A program made the translations under genes and the position numbers. Below the pieces are notes generated by a model. The model did not search any database. It was given only the letters and a program-made list of their open reading frames with translations, and had not been told where the DNA came from. A stretch of 63,921 bases of DNA, counting the filler, from an uncultured virus (IMG/VR IMGVR_UViG_2049941000_000289) (taxonomy: Duplodnaviria > Heunggongvirae > Uroviricota > Caudoviricetes). It is 14 parts of one record of this genome, joined end to end, with 100 filler letters (N's around TTAATTAATTAA, not from the genome) between each part and the next. Parts side by side here need not be neighbours in the genome. Positions count along the whole stretch, not along the records: positions 37,704 to 48,896 come from IMGVR_UViG_2049941000_000289; positions 48,997 to 50,803 come from IMGVR_UViG_2049941000_000289; positions 50,904 to 52,322 come from IMGVR_UViG_2049941000_000289; positions 52,423 to 55,005 come from IMGVR_UViG_2049941000_000289; positions 55,106 to 57,576 come from IMGVR_UViG_2049941000_000289; 9 more parts are not named here. The stretch is one strand, 5' to 3'. Of this stretch, positions 46,969 through 57,106 are shown piece by piece. Every line of letters begins with the position of its first letter. Position 1 is the first letter of the stretch.

Positions 46969-47009
46969 GGTACTGTATACATCACTCTAAAGCCACAGAA
47001 TAGCAAGTT
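46969..47009 (-). promoter_or_regulatory. Conserved promoter-like box, copy 4
   Basis: CTTGCTATT-N7-TTTAGAGTGATGTATACAGTACC, ~20 bp above the start codon with RBS AGGAGG. Confidence 0.75.
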
Positions 47010-47036
47010 ATTTTTGAGCGATTTCTGTACTATTTT

Positions 47037-48184
47037 TTAGGAGATAAGGCCCTGTTCGTTTACGGTCGATACTTCATCGAAACGGAGAGTCACCCCGTCT
47101 CTGAGTACCGTCACGCCCTCTGCGGAACCGACCTGTTCGATGTACCGCTTTACGATGACGTCGCAGTATTTCTCGTCCAGTTCTACGGTGTAGCAAGTGC
47201 GCTCCGACTGCTCACAGGCGATGAGCGTGCTGCCGGAACCGCCGAACGGGTCCAGTACGAGCGCGTTCGTCATGGAGGAGTTCATGATCGGGTAGGCCAG
47301 CAGCGCGATCGGCTTCATGGTCGGGTGATCCGCGTTCTTCTTGGGCTTGTCNNNNNNNNNNNNNNNNNNNNNNNNNNNNNNNNNNNNNNNNNNNNNNNNN
47401 NNNNNNNNNNNNNNNNNNNNNNNNNNNNNNNNNNNNNNNNNNNNNNNNNNNNNNNNNNNNNNNNNNNNNNNNNNNNNNNNNNNNNNNNNNNNNNNNNNNN
47501 NNNNNNNNNNNNNNNNNNNNNNNNNNNNNNNNNNNNNNNNNNNNNNNNNNNNNNNNNNNNNNNNNNNNNNNNNNNNNNNNNNNNNNNNNNNNNNNNNNNN
47601 NNNNNNNNNNNNNNNNNNNNNNNNNNNNNNNNNNNNNNNNNNNNNNNNNNNNNNNNNNNNNNNNNNNNNNNNNNNNNNNNNNNNNNNNNNNNNNNNNNNN
47701 NNNNNNNNNNNNNNNNNNNNNNNNNNNNNNNNNNNNNNNNNNNNNNATCATCGTCATGGAGACCGTCCTTCAGGTTTTCCTTGAACAGGTCGTCGATCTC
47801 ATTTGGATCAAAACCGGTCAGGGAAACATCAAAGGCCTCCGCCTGCAACGCCTCGATCTCAACGCGCAGCAATTCTTCATCCCATCCGGCATCCATGGCC
47901 ATTCGGTTGTCCGCGATGATGTACGCTTTCTTCTGCGCCTCGGTCAGGTAATCGGCAAAGACGCAAGGCACCTCGGTGATGCCTTCCTCTTTTGCTGCGA
48001 GGATACGCCCGTGGCCTGCGATAACACCGTAGTTACGGTCGATAATAACCGGGTTTATAAAACCGAACTCCCGCAGAGAGGATCTGAGCTTGTTGATCTG
48101 CTCCGGGGAGTGGGTGCGGGCGTTATTGATATACGGAACGAGTCTGTCGATCGGGACAAGTTTCATTTCAGTGGTGGTTCTCAT
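47037..48184 (-). CDS. ParB-like + N6/N4 DNA methyltransferase (gapped)
   Basis: PYINNARTH...IAGHGR (ParB); HPTMKP and LDPFGGSGSTL (SAM-binding). Confidence 0.9.
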
Positions 48185-48799
48185 CGTACAAGACCCCATT
48201 CCGCAAACTTCTCAAATCCGCCAATCGTCTGAATGTATGCACGTGCTGTCTCCACGATCTCGGAGTACGGGAGCCCATCAATCGTGTCGTCGCCGATGGC
48301 ACAACAGAGTTCGACCGGCTTTCCCGTGCGCTGCGCCTTGAGNNNNNNNNNNTTCGATCAGGTCGGTTTCTACATTGCTCTGGCAGATGATGAACTTATC
48401 CTTGTCCAGAATGAACTTCCCGTCATACGGGTACAGGTCATACAGCAGAAACGCGATCTCGGTCAGATCCTCCTGTTCATCCGTGACCGGGACGCCTTTG
48501 AAGATCCCATTGTCGCCGCAGCGGATGCCGTTCCTCTGGTTCTGAGCCAGATGCCCGTCCTGCGGCACTTCCTTATAGTCGACATCAACGGGACCAGCGA
48601 TCCTTGAAACGATCCCGGATACCTCTGACTCCGAAAGGTGCACGGATGTTTCCGCTATGATATGACAAACGCCGTGGCCGATCAGGACCTCGACAGCAAT
48701 TCTCGGGTTTTCTTCTTTCCGATACGCCAAATCGACAAGCGCACCGGCGATCCGGTCTGCGATCTTGTCGGGATGCGACGGGTTTACTTTTTCAAACAT
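48181..48799 (-). CDS. metK: Compact phage S-adenosylmethionine synthetase (gapped)
   Basis: EKVNPSHPDKIADRI, CGDNG, YDGK; ATGA coupling to the methylase. Confidence 0.8.
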
Positions 48800-48800
48800 G

Positions 48801-48896
48801 TCAGTTTCCTTTCCGAGCGGAGAGCAGCCGCTCCATCAAATCATCCTGTGGATTTCTGCCGCCGTACTCCACGGCACAGTTTTCTTTCACGATCTG
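48801..48896 (-). CDS. P27-family terminase small subunit C-terminus
   Basis: QIVKENC...NPQDDLMERLLSARKG. Confidence 0.75.
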   Translation of the reverse strand, partial: QIVKENCAVEYGGRNPQDDLMERLLSARKGN

Positions 48897-48995
48897 NNNN
48901 NNNNNNNNNNNNNNNNNNNNNNNNNNNNNNNNNNNNNNNNTTAATTAATTAANNNNNNNNNNNNNNNNNNNNNNNNNNNNNNNNNNNNNNNNNNN

Positions 48996-49526
48996 NTCGA
49001 TCACCTTGAACTCGGCCCACAGGTCCATGAGTCCGTTGCTGGCCGGGGTGCCAGTGAGCCCGACGATGCGCTTGATCCGTGGCCGGACCTGCATCAGTGC
49101 CTTGAAGCGCTTGGACTGGTGGTTCTTGAACGAGGAGAGCTCGTCCACCACGACCATGTCATAGTCGAACGGGAGCTTGCTTTTCTCGATCAGCCACTGC
49201 ACGTTCTCCCGGTTGATGAGGTAGATATCCGCTTTCTTCGTTAGTGCCGCTCTGCGTTCGGCTTCGGTTCCAACGGCGACAGAGTAGGTCAAATGGTGCA
49301 GCTCGTCCCACTTGATAAGCTCGGCGCTCCATGTATCACGGGCCACACGTAGCGGAGCGATGACCAGGACCTTGTGCACCTCGAAGCTGTCGAACAGCAG
49401 GTCCGCGATGGCCGTCAGCGTGATGCTTGTTTTCCCAAGGCCCATGTCCAGCAGAACGGCGGAGCAGGGATGCTCTTCGATGTACCGGGTCGCGTAGCGC
49501 TGGTACTCATGTGGTTCGTATCTCAT
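48996..49526 (-). CDS. SNF2-family helicase N-terminus
   Basis: LDMGLGKT, VVDELSSFK, GLTGTP. Confidence 0.92.
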
Positions 49527-49656
49527 GAAGTATCCCTCCAANNNNNNNNNNGAGCTTCGGTGCGATGCCGCCAGCACTTTTTACTGCTTTGACCAGTTTT
49601 TGTTCTATGTTTTTCTCTCGCATATGATTTACCATCCGAAATTGAAGTGGGGAGAT

Positions 49657-49749
49657 GTGGAGGTCGTGAGCCTCATTTCCGGAACTTTTCTTATAGGCTG
49701 TTTTTTAGGCCTATAGAATAGTTTTGGAAAACAGTTACACGACCTCCAC
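49657..49749. repeat. 93-bp imperfect palindrome, candidate replication origin
   Basis: GTGGAGGTCGTG/CACGACCTCCAC perfect arms around an AT-rich inner palindrome, just downstream of the primase gene. Confidence 0.6.
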
Positions 49750-49758
49750 TACAGTGGG

Positions 49759-50803
49759 TTACTGCATGAAATCTGACCTCAGCTGCAGGCCGATTATGAT
49801 ATTGGCCTTGCTGGTCCTGCGCCGATCGAAGCCACGGACCGTTTCCAGAGCCGTGTAGAAATCAGAAGTGCTGCGAATATACTCGCCCACCTGCATGCAA
49901 TAGCTGCGGTATGCGTTGTAGACATCGCCGGACTTCGCGGAGAAGGACGGATCGATCTCACAGCAGTCATCGAGGAAATGCGTGAGCCAGTCGTTGTTCT
50001 CCTTATATTTCCGAATCGCCTCATTCACTACGGCGGGCTTTCTGATATCGAACTTCTTTCCGATCACACGCTTGGCCCCGATCATGATCCACTTGAGGAT
50101 CGCGCCGCCAGCCTTCTCGTACAGGTAATCGGCATAGTTCTTGATATCCGATGCGCCTTCGATCTTGGCGTTGAACGGGATCACGATCAGCCTGCGCCAC
50201 GTCCCGTCGTCCAGCGCACCGACCTTCGGCAGGTGGTTCGTATACAGCACCAGCGTGTGGCTCGGTACGAAGCTGAACGGGTCCTTGTACTTCTTTTCCG
50301 CATAGATCTCGTCGGTGGAACAGAGCTGTTTCACGTTCGAGGTGTTGAGTCGCATGCCTTCTTCGAGCTCGGCGGCGATGATCAGCCGTTTGCCCTTGAC
50401 CTCGGCAAGTTCCGGTTTCACGTTCCGTTTGCAGCCGACCGTCAGGGTATCGGCGGACATGTTCCCGCTGTACGTCCCGAGCACCCGGGAGAGCGTGTTC
50501 CAGAAGGTCGATTTCCCGTTCCGGCCTTCACCGTATGCGATGATGAGCCCCTCGACACATACCTTGCCGATTGCGGAGAGCCCGGCAATATCCTGCACGT
50601 AACGGATGAGGTCCTTGTCGCCACAGAAGAAGGTGGAAAGCGCATCCTCCCAGATCTCCGTGCCTTCATCCGACGGGTCGACGGTGGTCTGTTTCGTGAT
50701 CAGGTCCGCTGCGTTATGGTCCTGCGCGGAGGAGAGCCCGACGCGGAGATCATATGTGGCAGACGGGGTGTTCAGCAGATACTCATCCGCATCCAGCGCC
50801 TTC
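49759..50803 (-). CDS. P4/D5-family primase-helicase C-terminal part
   Basis: GEGRNGKST Walker A; TNHLP; WRRLIVIPF. Confidence 0.92.
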
Positions 50804-50903
50804 NNNNNNNNNNNNNNNNNNNNNNNNNNNNNNNNNNNNNNNNNNNNTTAATTAATTAANNNNNNNNNNNNNNNNNNNNNNNNNNNNNNNNNNNNNNNNN
50901 NNN

Positions 50904-51166
50904 CTATTCGCATTGATGAAGTAGCAGCCAGCGTATGCCGGATCGTCCGGGCGCTCGGTGTCGCCGTCACGAAGCGGCGTCTTGATCGCGGTCAGGGCCG
51001 GGACGGTGCGACCGTTGCCTCTGAGCTTGGCCTGTCCTTCTTCGTAGGCGGCCTGAATCGCGCGGTTGACCTTCTGCACGGTCACGGTGTCCGACTTCGG
51101 AATGATGAGGCTAACGCTGAACTTCGGGGTGCCGCCATTGATGGACTTCGCTTCCCAGAGGTTTGC
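50904..51166 (-). CDS. DUF2815 (T7 gp2.5-like SSB) fragment; C-terminus at 54907-55005
   Basis: KFSVSLIIPK...PLRDGDTERPDDPAY...FINAN; acidic tail DEDFLS. Confidence 0.85.
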
Positions 51167-51213
51167 NNNNNNNNNNNNNNNNNNNNNNNNNNNNNNNNNN
51201 NNNNNNNNNNNNN

Positions 51214-51940
51214 NTGTCGGGGCCAGAACCGTGTCCGCCCATTCGTAGAGGTCTGCTTTCGGGAGGGTGTAGGTGCTGACGTTCCCGCGCCGGGGTTGGA
51301 AGATCGTCATGCTGACGGTGTCGATGTCGTAGAGGCAGTCGAACAGTTCCAGCGCACCGAGCGCGTAGAGCATCATCTGTGGGTTGTCCTCGGCTTCGAC
51401 CAGGATGCCCCTGCCGTACTTGAAGTCGACGATGTGCAGCGTCCCGTCTGCGATGATGACGCAGTCGCCGGTTCCGAAGCCCTCTGCCACGTACCGAGAG
51501 TAATCAAGCCTCTGTTCGATTAGGACTACCGGATCAGAGCAGGTCTTCTTGGCTTCCTCGACCAGTTCCATAACGAATGCCGCGTACCCGTTTGCGGACT
51601 CCTCCATCTCGGCGTCGTACCAGGAGAGGTCCTCGGTCGGATCTTTCGCTTCCATGCCGAGCGCTGTCCNNNNNNNNNNACGGCTGCGACGACAGCCCGT
51701 TCATCGGTGTACTTGCGGTTGGATCTGCCCTCGACCAGTTTGTAGCCGGTCCAATGCTTGCCGCTGATTGCCGCCTGCAGCGCGTAGTCCCGGATGTTGG
51801 NNNNNNNNNNCATGGGCATCGGTTCCTTCAGCGGCAAAGTTGCTACCCTTATCGTCATACCCTTCGCAGAGCCTTGCCGAAGGAGGGCAGTGAAGCCAGC
51901 GGTGGGAGGAAGACGCAGAGAGAAGTGCGTGGTTAGGCAT
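51214..51940 (-). CDS. DUF2800 PD-(D/E)XK nuclease (scrambled fragments)
   Basis: HALLSASSSHRWLHCPPS; FGTGDC...DFKYG...NPQMMLYALG. Confidence 0.85.
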
Positions 51941-52244
51941 TCCCGAGCACCTCCGCGTCTGCGACCAGAGCCTTGTAGTTTGCCGGGTCGATCTCCGACA
52001 GCTTGCTGGCTCCATACTTCTGAAGAAGGTCTCGGATCTGAGCGGTGAATCCTTCACGGGATTTCTCGGCCAGAATCGCACGGACTTCTTCGAGGGAGAG
52101 CTTTTTCTCCGGAGCAGGAGCCTTTTCCGGGACTCTGTTGCTGTAGCTGAACAGGTCAGTCAGCTCGTCTGCAATGCGGTTAATAGAAGATGCAGTATCC
52201 CGTAGCTCGTCTATGATCGTCGCGATCTCGGCCATTTTGCTCAT
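51933..52244 (-). CDS. Conserved phage early protein
   Basis: LEEVRAILAEKSREG...KYGASKLSEIDP; precedes DUF2800. Confidence 0.75.
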   Translation of the reverse strand: MSKMAEIATIIDELRDTASSINRIADELTDLFSYSNRVPEKAPAPEKKLSLEEVRAILAEKSREGFTAQIRDLLQKYGASKLSEIDPANYKALVADAEVLGNA

Positions 52245-52421
52245 GCGTACCTCCTTCCTTTGATTGACTTGCCTGGTTCAGCTGGATCAGCTTCCTCGCC
52301 AGACGCTTTGACACAACGCTGANNNNNNNNNNNNNNNNNNNNNNNNNNNNNNNNNNNNNNNNNNNNTTAATTAATTAANNNNNNNNNNNNNNNNNNNNNN
52401 NNNNNNNNNNNNNNNNNNNNN

Positions 52422-53021
52422 NTGATAGCATGACGGCACGGAGGCTTACAGAACTCACAGAACAACTCATTAATTATCGAAGGCAGAGGGCCCGTGTTCA
52501 GACACAGCTTAACGCCATCCGTCGTGATATGACGGAACAAAAGAAAGGATTCAAGCGGACTTTTACTGATTTGGAGAGATTCTTTCCCAGCGAGGAATTT
52601 CGCACCCTTGAGGATATAGAGCGGTTTCATCAGAAGCTGGCAAAGGTTCTTGCAGACGAATTCGCAGAAACCGAGAAGGATCTGGCAACAACCTATGTCC
52701 TTCTGAACAATGAAATAGTTCGCATTCAGGAACAGATTACCGAAATCAAGAATGTGCCGAATGTTTCACAGGCTATTCTGAGGGAGTTTGCCCGTATCAC
52801 TACAGAATTGAATAATCTTCGAGAGGCAAATCAAAACTATGATGAGCTGGAACGATTGAAAAAAGTGGCTGCCGATTATGCAGAAACAAGAGATGCTGTG
52901 ATCCACGATCAGCTTTTAGCTATTGAATCCGCAGTCAATCAAGCAATGCGCGAAATCAGTTTCTCCATACTCAAGGACGCTACCCATTTGCCTCCTGTAT
53001 TGCGGTTGGAGAAGTTAGGAA
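52422..53021 (+). CDS. Coiled-coil middle of a DUF2326/LmuB-like SMC ATPase
   Basis: Long heptad region with IERFHQKL; probably belongs with 57081-57576 and 59605-59784. Confidence 0.65.
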
Positions 53022-53031
53022 NNNNNNNNNN

Positions 53032-53277
53032 AGTAAAAAGAAAGAACTAAAAACACAGTTCAACTACAATCGTTTATGGAAACTCTTAATAGATCGAGGC
53101 ATACAAAAGCAGGAACTTCAAAAAATGAGCGAGGTCAGTGCAGCTTCTATCGCTAAGATGGGACGCTGTGAGAATGTCACCACCGATGTTTTGCTGCGGA
53201 TTTGTGAGGCCCTTGATTGCAACATTGAAGATATCATGGAACGTGTGCTTATTAAGGATGCTGCAAAGGCGGAGTAG
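53032..53277 (+). CDS. Xre/Cro (HTH_26-like) transcriptional regulator, not in the ORF track
   Basis: YNRLWKLLIDRGIQKQEL...SIAKMGRCENVTTDVLLRICEALDCNIEDIME. Confidence 0.85.
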   Translation, partial: SKKKELKTQFNYNRLWKLLIDRGIQKQELQKMSEVSAASIAKMGRCENVTTDVLLRICEALDCNIEDIMERVLIKDAAKAE

Positions 53278-53297
53278 CTGTCCGTTTNNNNNNNNNN

Positions 53298-54660
53298 AGT
53301 GCGCCTACCGAGCCGCCGTATCCGAGCGCGAGTTCCGCGATCTTGCCTTTTTGTCGAAGGTGTCCGTTCACACCATGCTTTTCCACCGGGACCTTGAACA
53401 TCTGCGAGGCCGAAGCGCAATAGATGTCGCCGCCGGACTCGAATACCTCCTGACGCCAGTGCTCCCCGGCAAACCAGGCGAGGACTCGTGCCTCGATCGC
53501 AGAGAAGTCTGCCACGATGAACTTGTACCCGGGCTTTGCAATAAAGGCGGTCCGGATCAGCTGGGATAGCGTGTCTGGCACATCCTCGTAGAGCAGCTCC
53601 ACGCCGTCAAAGTCACCGGAGCGTACCAGTGCTCGTGCTTCGGCCAGATCTGACAAATGGTTCTGGGGCAGGTTCTGCATCTGGATGATGCGTCCCGCCC
53701 AGCGCCCGGTCCGGTTCGCGCCATAGAACTGAAACATGCCGCGTGCACGCCCGTCTGCACAGACCGCCTTTTCCATAGCCTGATACTTGCGGATCGAGGA
53801 CTTAGCAAGCTGCTGCCGGAGCAATAGAACTTTCTGCAATTCCACCGGTGCGGTCTTCAGCATTTCGATGACTTCCTTTTTGCCGAGGGAATCGACCATG
53901 AGCCCGTTGTCCGAGAGCCATTGCTTCATCTGCTGCACGGAGTTCGGGTTGTCGAGATCGGTCAGCTGTTTCATGGCGGCGGTGAGCTCTGCCCGGGACC
54001 GAGCATCCATTTCAATCGCCTGATGCACCAGTTCCATGTCGATGACGACGCCGCGATCGTTGATCTGCTGGTCGAGGTGATACTGCTCCCAGACGTCCTC
54101 CGGAACCGGGAACTTAGCGAGCTTCTCCTGAATGGACATCTCGACCTCGACATCCCGGACGTTGTAGCGTTTGAATGATTCCCACTTATCCGGGGCATGC
54201 CGGGGTAGGTTCCGGGTCCGGCCNNNNNNNNNNGCTTCTGTTTCCCGAGCCCCAGCACGATTCCGACGCCTTCCAAGGAAAGCGGCAGGCCCATATATGC
54301 GGACCAGATCATGGTGCACTTCCATGCAGCCGGATCGAGGTAGTTCCCGACGCTATCTTCCGGGACGCTGTAACCGGTATTATCGAAACCGCCATGATCC
54401 CGTAGCCAGCGCGAGAGGCAGATCCGCTCAAACTGCGCATTGAACGCCCACTTTGTCACTGAGTCGTCTGTCAGCGCGGCAACGACCTCATCTGGGATCG
54501 TCTCCCCGGAAGCAAGGTCGACCACCTGCACCGGCCCTCCATCGACGGAGTAGCCGAAGAGCAAGATGTCGAAATCCGGTGCCTCGGTGTATTTGTAGAC
54601 CCCGCACTTCGGCAGTTCCACGCTGCTGTATGTTTCAATGTCGATGCTGAGTGTTTTCAT
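53298..54660 (-). CDS. Phage family A DNA polymerase (partial)
   Basis: SIDIETYS exonuclease motif; RTGRWAG; ADFSAIEARVLAW; RQKGKIAELALGYG. Confidence 0.92.
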
Positions 54661-54721
54661 GTGGATACGTCTGTTGCCTGATCGGGTGGCAGGATTGCTC
54701 CCACCACCCGCAGGCCGGTAC

Positions 54722-54895
54722 TTACTTTTCGAGGCTCTTCATGCGTGCTGCTTGGTATTCGGCTTCCCACTGAGCGTTGCGCTTATCGCGCTTGTGTTCC
54801 TGAATGGTGTCGATGATGGACCTGACCAGCAAGAACAGGGTCATAACAATGGACAAGGACAGAAGCAGGATGCAGAGGATCGTCGTTGCGTTCAT
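54722..54895 (-). CDS. Small membrane protein (57 aa)
   Basis: RBS AAGGAGG; MNATTILCILLLSLSIVMTLFLLV hydrophobic helix. Confidence 0.65.
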   Translation of the reverse strand: MNATTILCILLLSLSIVMTLFLLVRSIIDTIQEHKRDKRNAQWEAEYQAARMKSLEK

Positions 54896-55105
54896 GGGGC
54901 ACCTCCTTAAGACAAGAAGTCTTCGTCGGAATCCGTAGCAAAGTCAGACGCTGCGCTGGCCTTGCCACCGAGGGGTTCACCGTCACGGATCTTCTGCAGG
55001 TTGTTNNNNNNNNNNNNNNNNNNNNNNNNNNNNNNNNNNNNNNNNNNNNTTAATTAATTAANNNNNNNNNNNNNNNNNNNNNNNNNNNNNNNNNNNNNNN
55101 NNNNN

Positions 55106-55348
55106 GCAGCGTGCCGTCTGCGATGATGACACAGTCGCCGGTTCCAAAGCCCTCTGCTACGTATCGGGAGTAGTCAAGTCGCTGCTCGATCAGGACGACC
55201 GGGTCCGGGCAGGCTTCTGGGCATGGTAGCGAGTAGCCCAGATCGGACGATAATAGGCGCGATAGACTTCCTCGCTGACTTCGGTGGGGTTCCCGTCGAC
55301 CGGGATGTAGTAACGTTTGACTTTGCTCTGATTGTCATGCTGTTTCAT
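55106..55348 (-). pseudogene. Truncated first early gene (sigma24/sigma70-like) fused out of frame to an internal DUF2800 fragment
   Basis: YYIPVDG..EVSEEVYRAYYRPIW joined without a gap to CPDPVVLIEQRLDYS. Confidence 0.65.
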
Positions 55349-55351
55349 AAT

Positions 55352-55615
55352 ACGGGCCCTCCTTCGGCCCCACGACCGCTGAACGGTGTGGAGAAGCGGA
55401 GAGCCCGTATGGGTGCCAGCGGCAAAAATGGACACAGAAATCCCACCCGATGCGAGAGAACGATGTCTCCGCTTCAAGTTGCGTCCAGCTGTTCGCTTGC
55501 TGGCTTTCTATTCAGTTGTCAGCCGCACCGCCGTGGCGAACAGTTCCTCTTTGTGCACTCGGAACATCACTTTGGTGTGCTGAGGGCTTTTTACGTCACC
55601 CTGAGACGGTGAAAT
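55352..55615 (-). ncRNA. Candidate structured leader RNA of the early operon
   Basis: Several perfect stems (55393-55402/55466-55475; 55489-55496/55536-55543) and an RBS-enclosing hairpin. Confidence 0.5.
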
Positions 55616-55659
55616 CGGAGAAAAACTTAAGCGATGTCTTAAAAATTCATCAAAAAGCG

Positions 55660-55688
55660 TAGATTTTTGCTTGATAATGCGCTATAAT
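55660..55688 (+). promoter_or_regulatory. Putative sigmaA promoter facing the Lamassu-like operon
   Basis: TAGATT-17 bp-TATAAT. Confidence 0.4.
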
Positions 55689-55784
55689 ATTTTTAGACTT
55701 GAGGCCTTTATAGTTCTCCGGTCACACTCACATTCTAAGAAATACAANNNNNNNNNNGGGGCATGCGAAGGGAGAGATGGATGA

Positions 55785-56870
55785 ATGAATGAACTGAATA
55801 TGTCGTCTTATATCCAAACCATGCAGCTCGGACTAATGACGCATGATAAACAAGAGGCTGCAGGTGTATTTCTGTTAAGCGCAATAAATGATCAGGATTA
55901 TGTTGGCTTGAACGGATATCGGACAGATAATCTCAGCTCGAAAAAAATAAGCCGCTTAGTAAGTAGGCTTGATCCCGTCCCTGATGTAATAAAACAAGCC
56001 TCGATGCTGCATGTTGTAATTGATGGAACCATTGATTACTTTCGCAAAGAGGTAATGAAGGACCTAAATCCTCATCTCAAGGACGATACCATCGACAACA
56101 TCATTAAGCTCATTACTGTCGACACAACCATTCCTGACAGCAAAAAGAACAGCCTGATTGCTTTCCATACAGAAGGTTACGATGCTCGGTTCCTTGCAGA
56201 AGTGTTTTTGTATGCTGTCAACCGACCTAACAAAAAGGTTGATGATGTTGTCGAATATGAGGATGCGCCGTTGCTTGCAGAGGCAAGTTATGAATGTCCG
56301 CTCTGCCATAAGAAGCTGGTCGATACAATTAAGGGCCAAGCAATAAAACGCTATCGCATCACACAGATATTCCCGGATGATCTGGATGCGAATACTGCGG
56401 ATGTGTTTAATGACGTTTGTCCTGCGCCTAAACGACTGGATAGCCCGGAAAACCTTGTTGCTCTTGATGAGGAATGCTCTGACCGATATCTCCTTAGTCC
56501 AACTGTGGAAGAATATAAAAAGCTCCGCGAGATCAAGAAAATGATCGCACGGAACTTTGCTGCGAAGTCTGCGGTNNNNNNNNNNCCAGAAAACTTCATC
56601 TTAAAAAATGAAACTCAGGTGCAGGTTGTAATGTATTACCGATATATAGAGAAGGTCTTCTCCGAATCTGACGCCGATTTCGACACGATAGCTGCTGAAA
56701 TCAAAATAGGCTCCCAGAAGCTTGAAAAGGCCGGTCTGTCACAGGCAGATGTAATTGCACAGTTGTCTGAATGGATAAGAAACAAAGCTGGTTTGAGTGT
56801 AAATCAGCAGTTAGCTTGCAATATCGTTGTATCGTTCTTTATACAGAATTGCGAGGTGTTCCACAAATGA
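55785..56870 (+). CDS. ABC-3C/Lamassu LmuA-like: helical N-domain + degenerate HNH + C-terminal domain (gapped)
   Basis: ECPLC...PENLVALDEECS; ends IVVSFFIQNCEVF, typical of ABC-3C CTDs. Confidence 0.75.
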   Translation: MNELNMSSYIQTMQLGLMTHDKQEAAGVFLLSAINDQDYVGLNGYRTDNLSSKKISRLVSRLDPVPDVIKQASMLHVVIDGTIDYFRKEVMKDLNPHLKDDTIDNIIKLITVDTTIPDSKKNSLIAFHTEGYDARFLAEVFLYAVNRPNKKVDDVVEYEDAPLLAEASYECPLCHKKLVDTIKGQAIKRYRITQIFPDDLDANTADVFNDVCPAPKRLDSPENLVALDEECSDRYLLSPTVEEYKKLREIKKMIARNFAAKSAXXXXPENFILKNETQVQVVMYYRYIEKVFSESDADFDTIAAEIKIGSQKLEKAGLSQADVIAQLSEWIRNKAGLSVNQQLACNIVVSFFIQNCEVFHK

Positions 56871-57106
56871 AGATCCCAAGCAAGGTAACGCCATATAAAG
56901 AAAGCACCATCGCCAAGTTTCCAGTCATTCTTTCTCTGTTGGAACAGAATGACATGACTCCTAATGAGTTGTATGCAAAGGTTAAGAAAAGCAAGGTCAA
57001 AGATATTGCAGAGTTTGTAGAGGTGCTGGATTGCCTCTACGCCATGAATAAAATCGAAATCCGAGAGGAGGTGCTCCATTATGTTGATCGAAGTTCAATG
57101 CGATAA
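56867..57106 (+). CDS. ABC-3C middle component / LmuC-like
   Basis: MKIPSKVTPYKES...LDCLYAMNKI; overlaps both neighbours. Confidence 0.78.
   Translation: MKIPSKVTPYKESTIAKFPVILSLLEQNDMTPNELYAKVKKSKVKDIAEFVEVLDCLYAMNKIEIREEVLHYVDRSSMR

Noticed and set aside
51214..51940. Cas4-like nuclease as a CRISPR component
   Set aside because: It is DUF2800 in the standard phage replication module; no cas genes or array present
54676..54715. GC-rich hairpin upstream of the DNA polymerase gene as a riboswitch
   Set aside because: Single stem with a GCAA tetraloop and no further motif; at most a processing or attenuation hairpin
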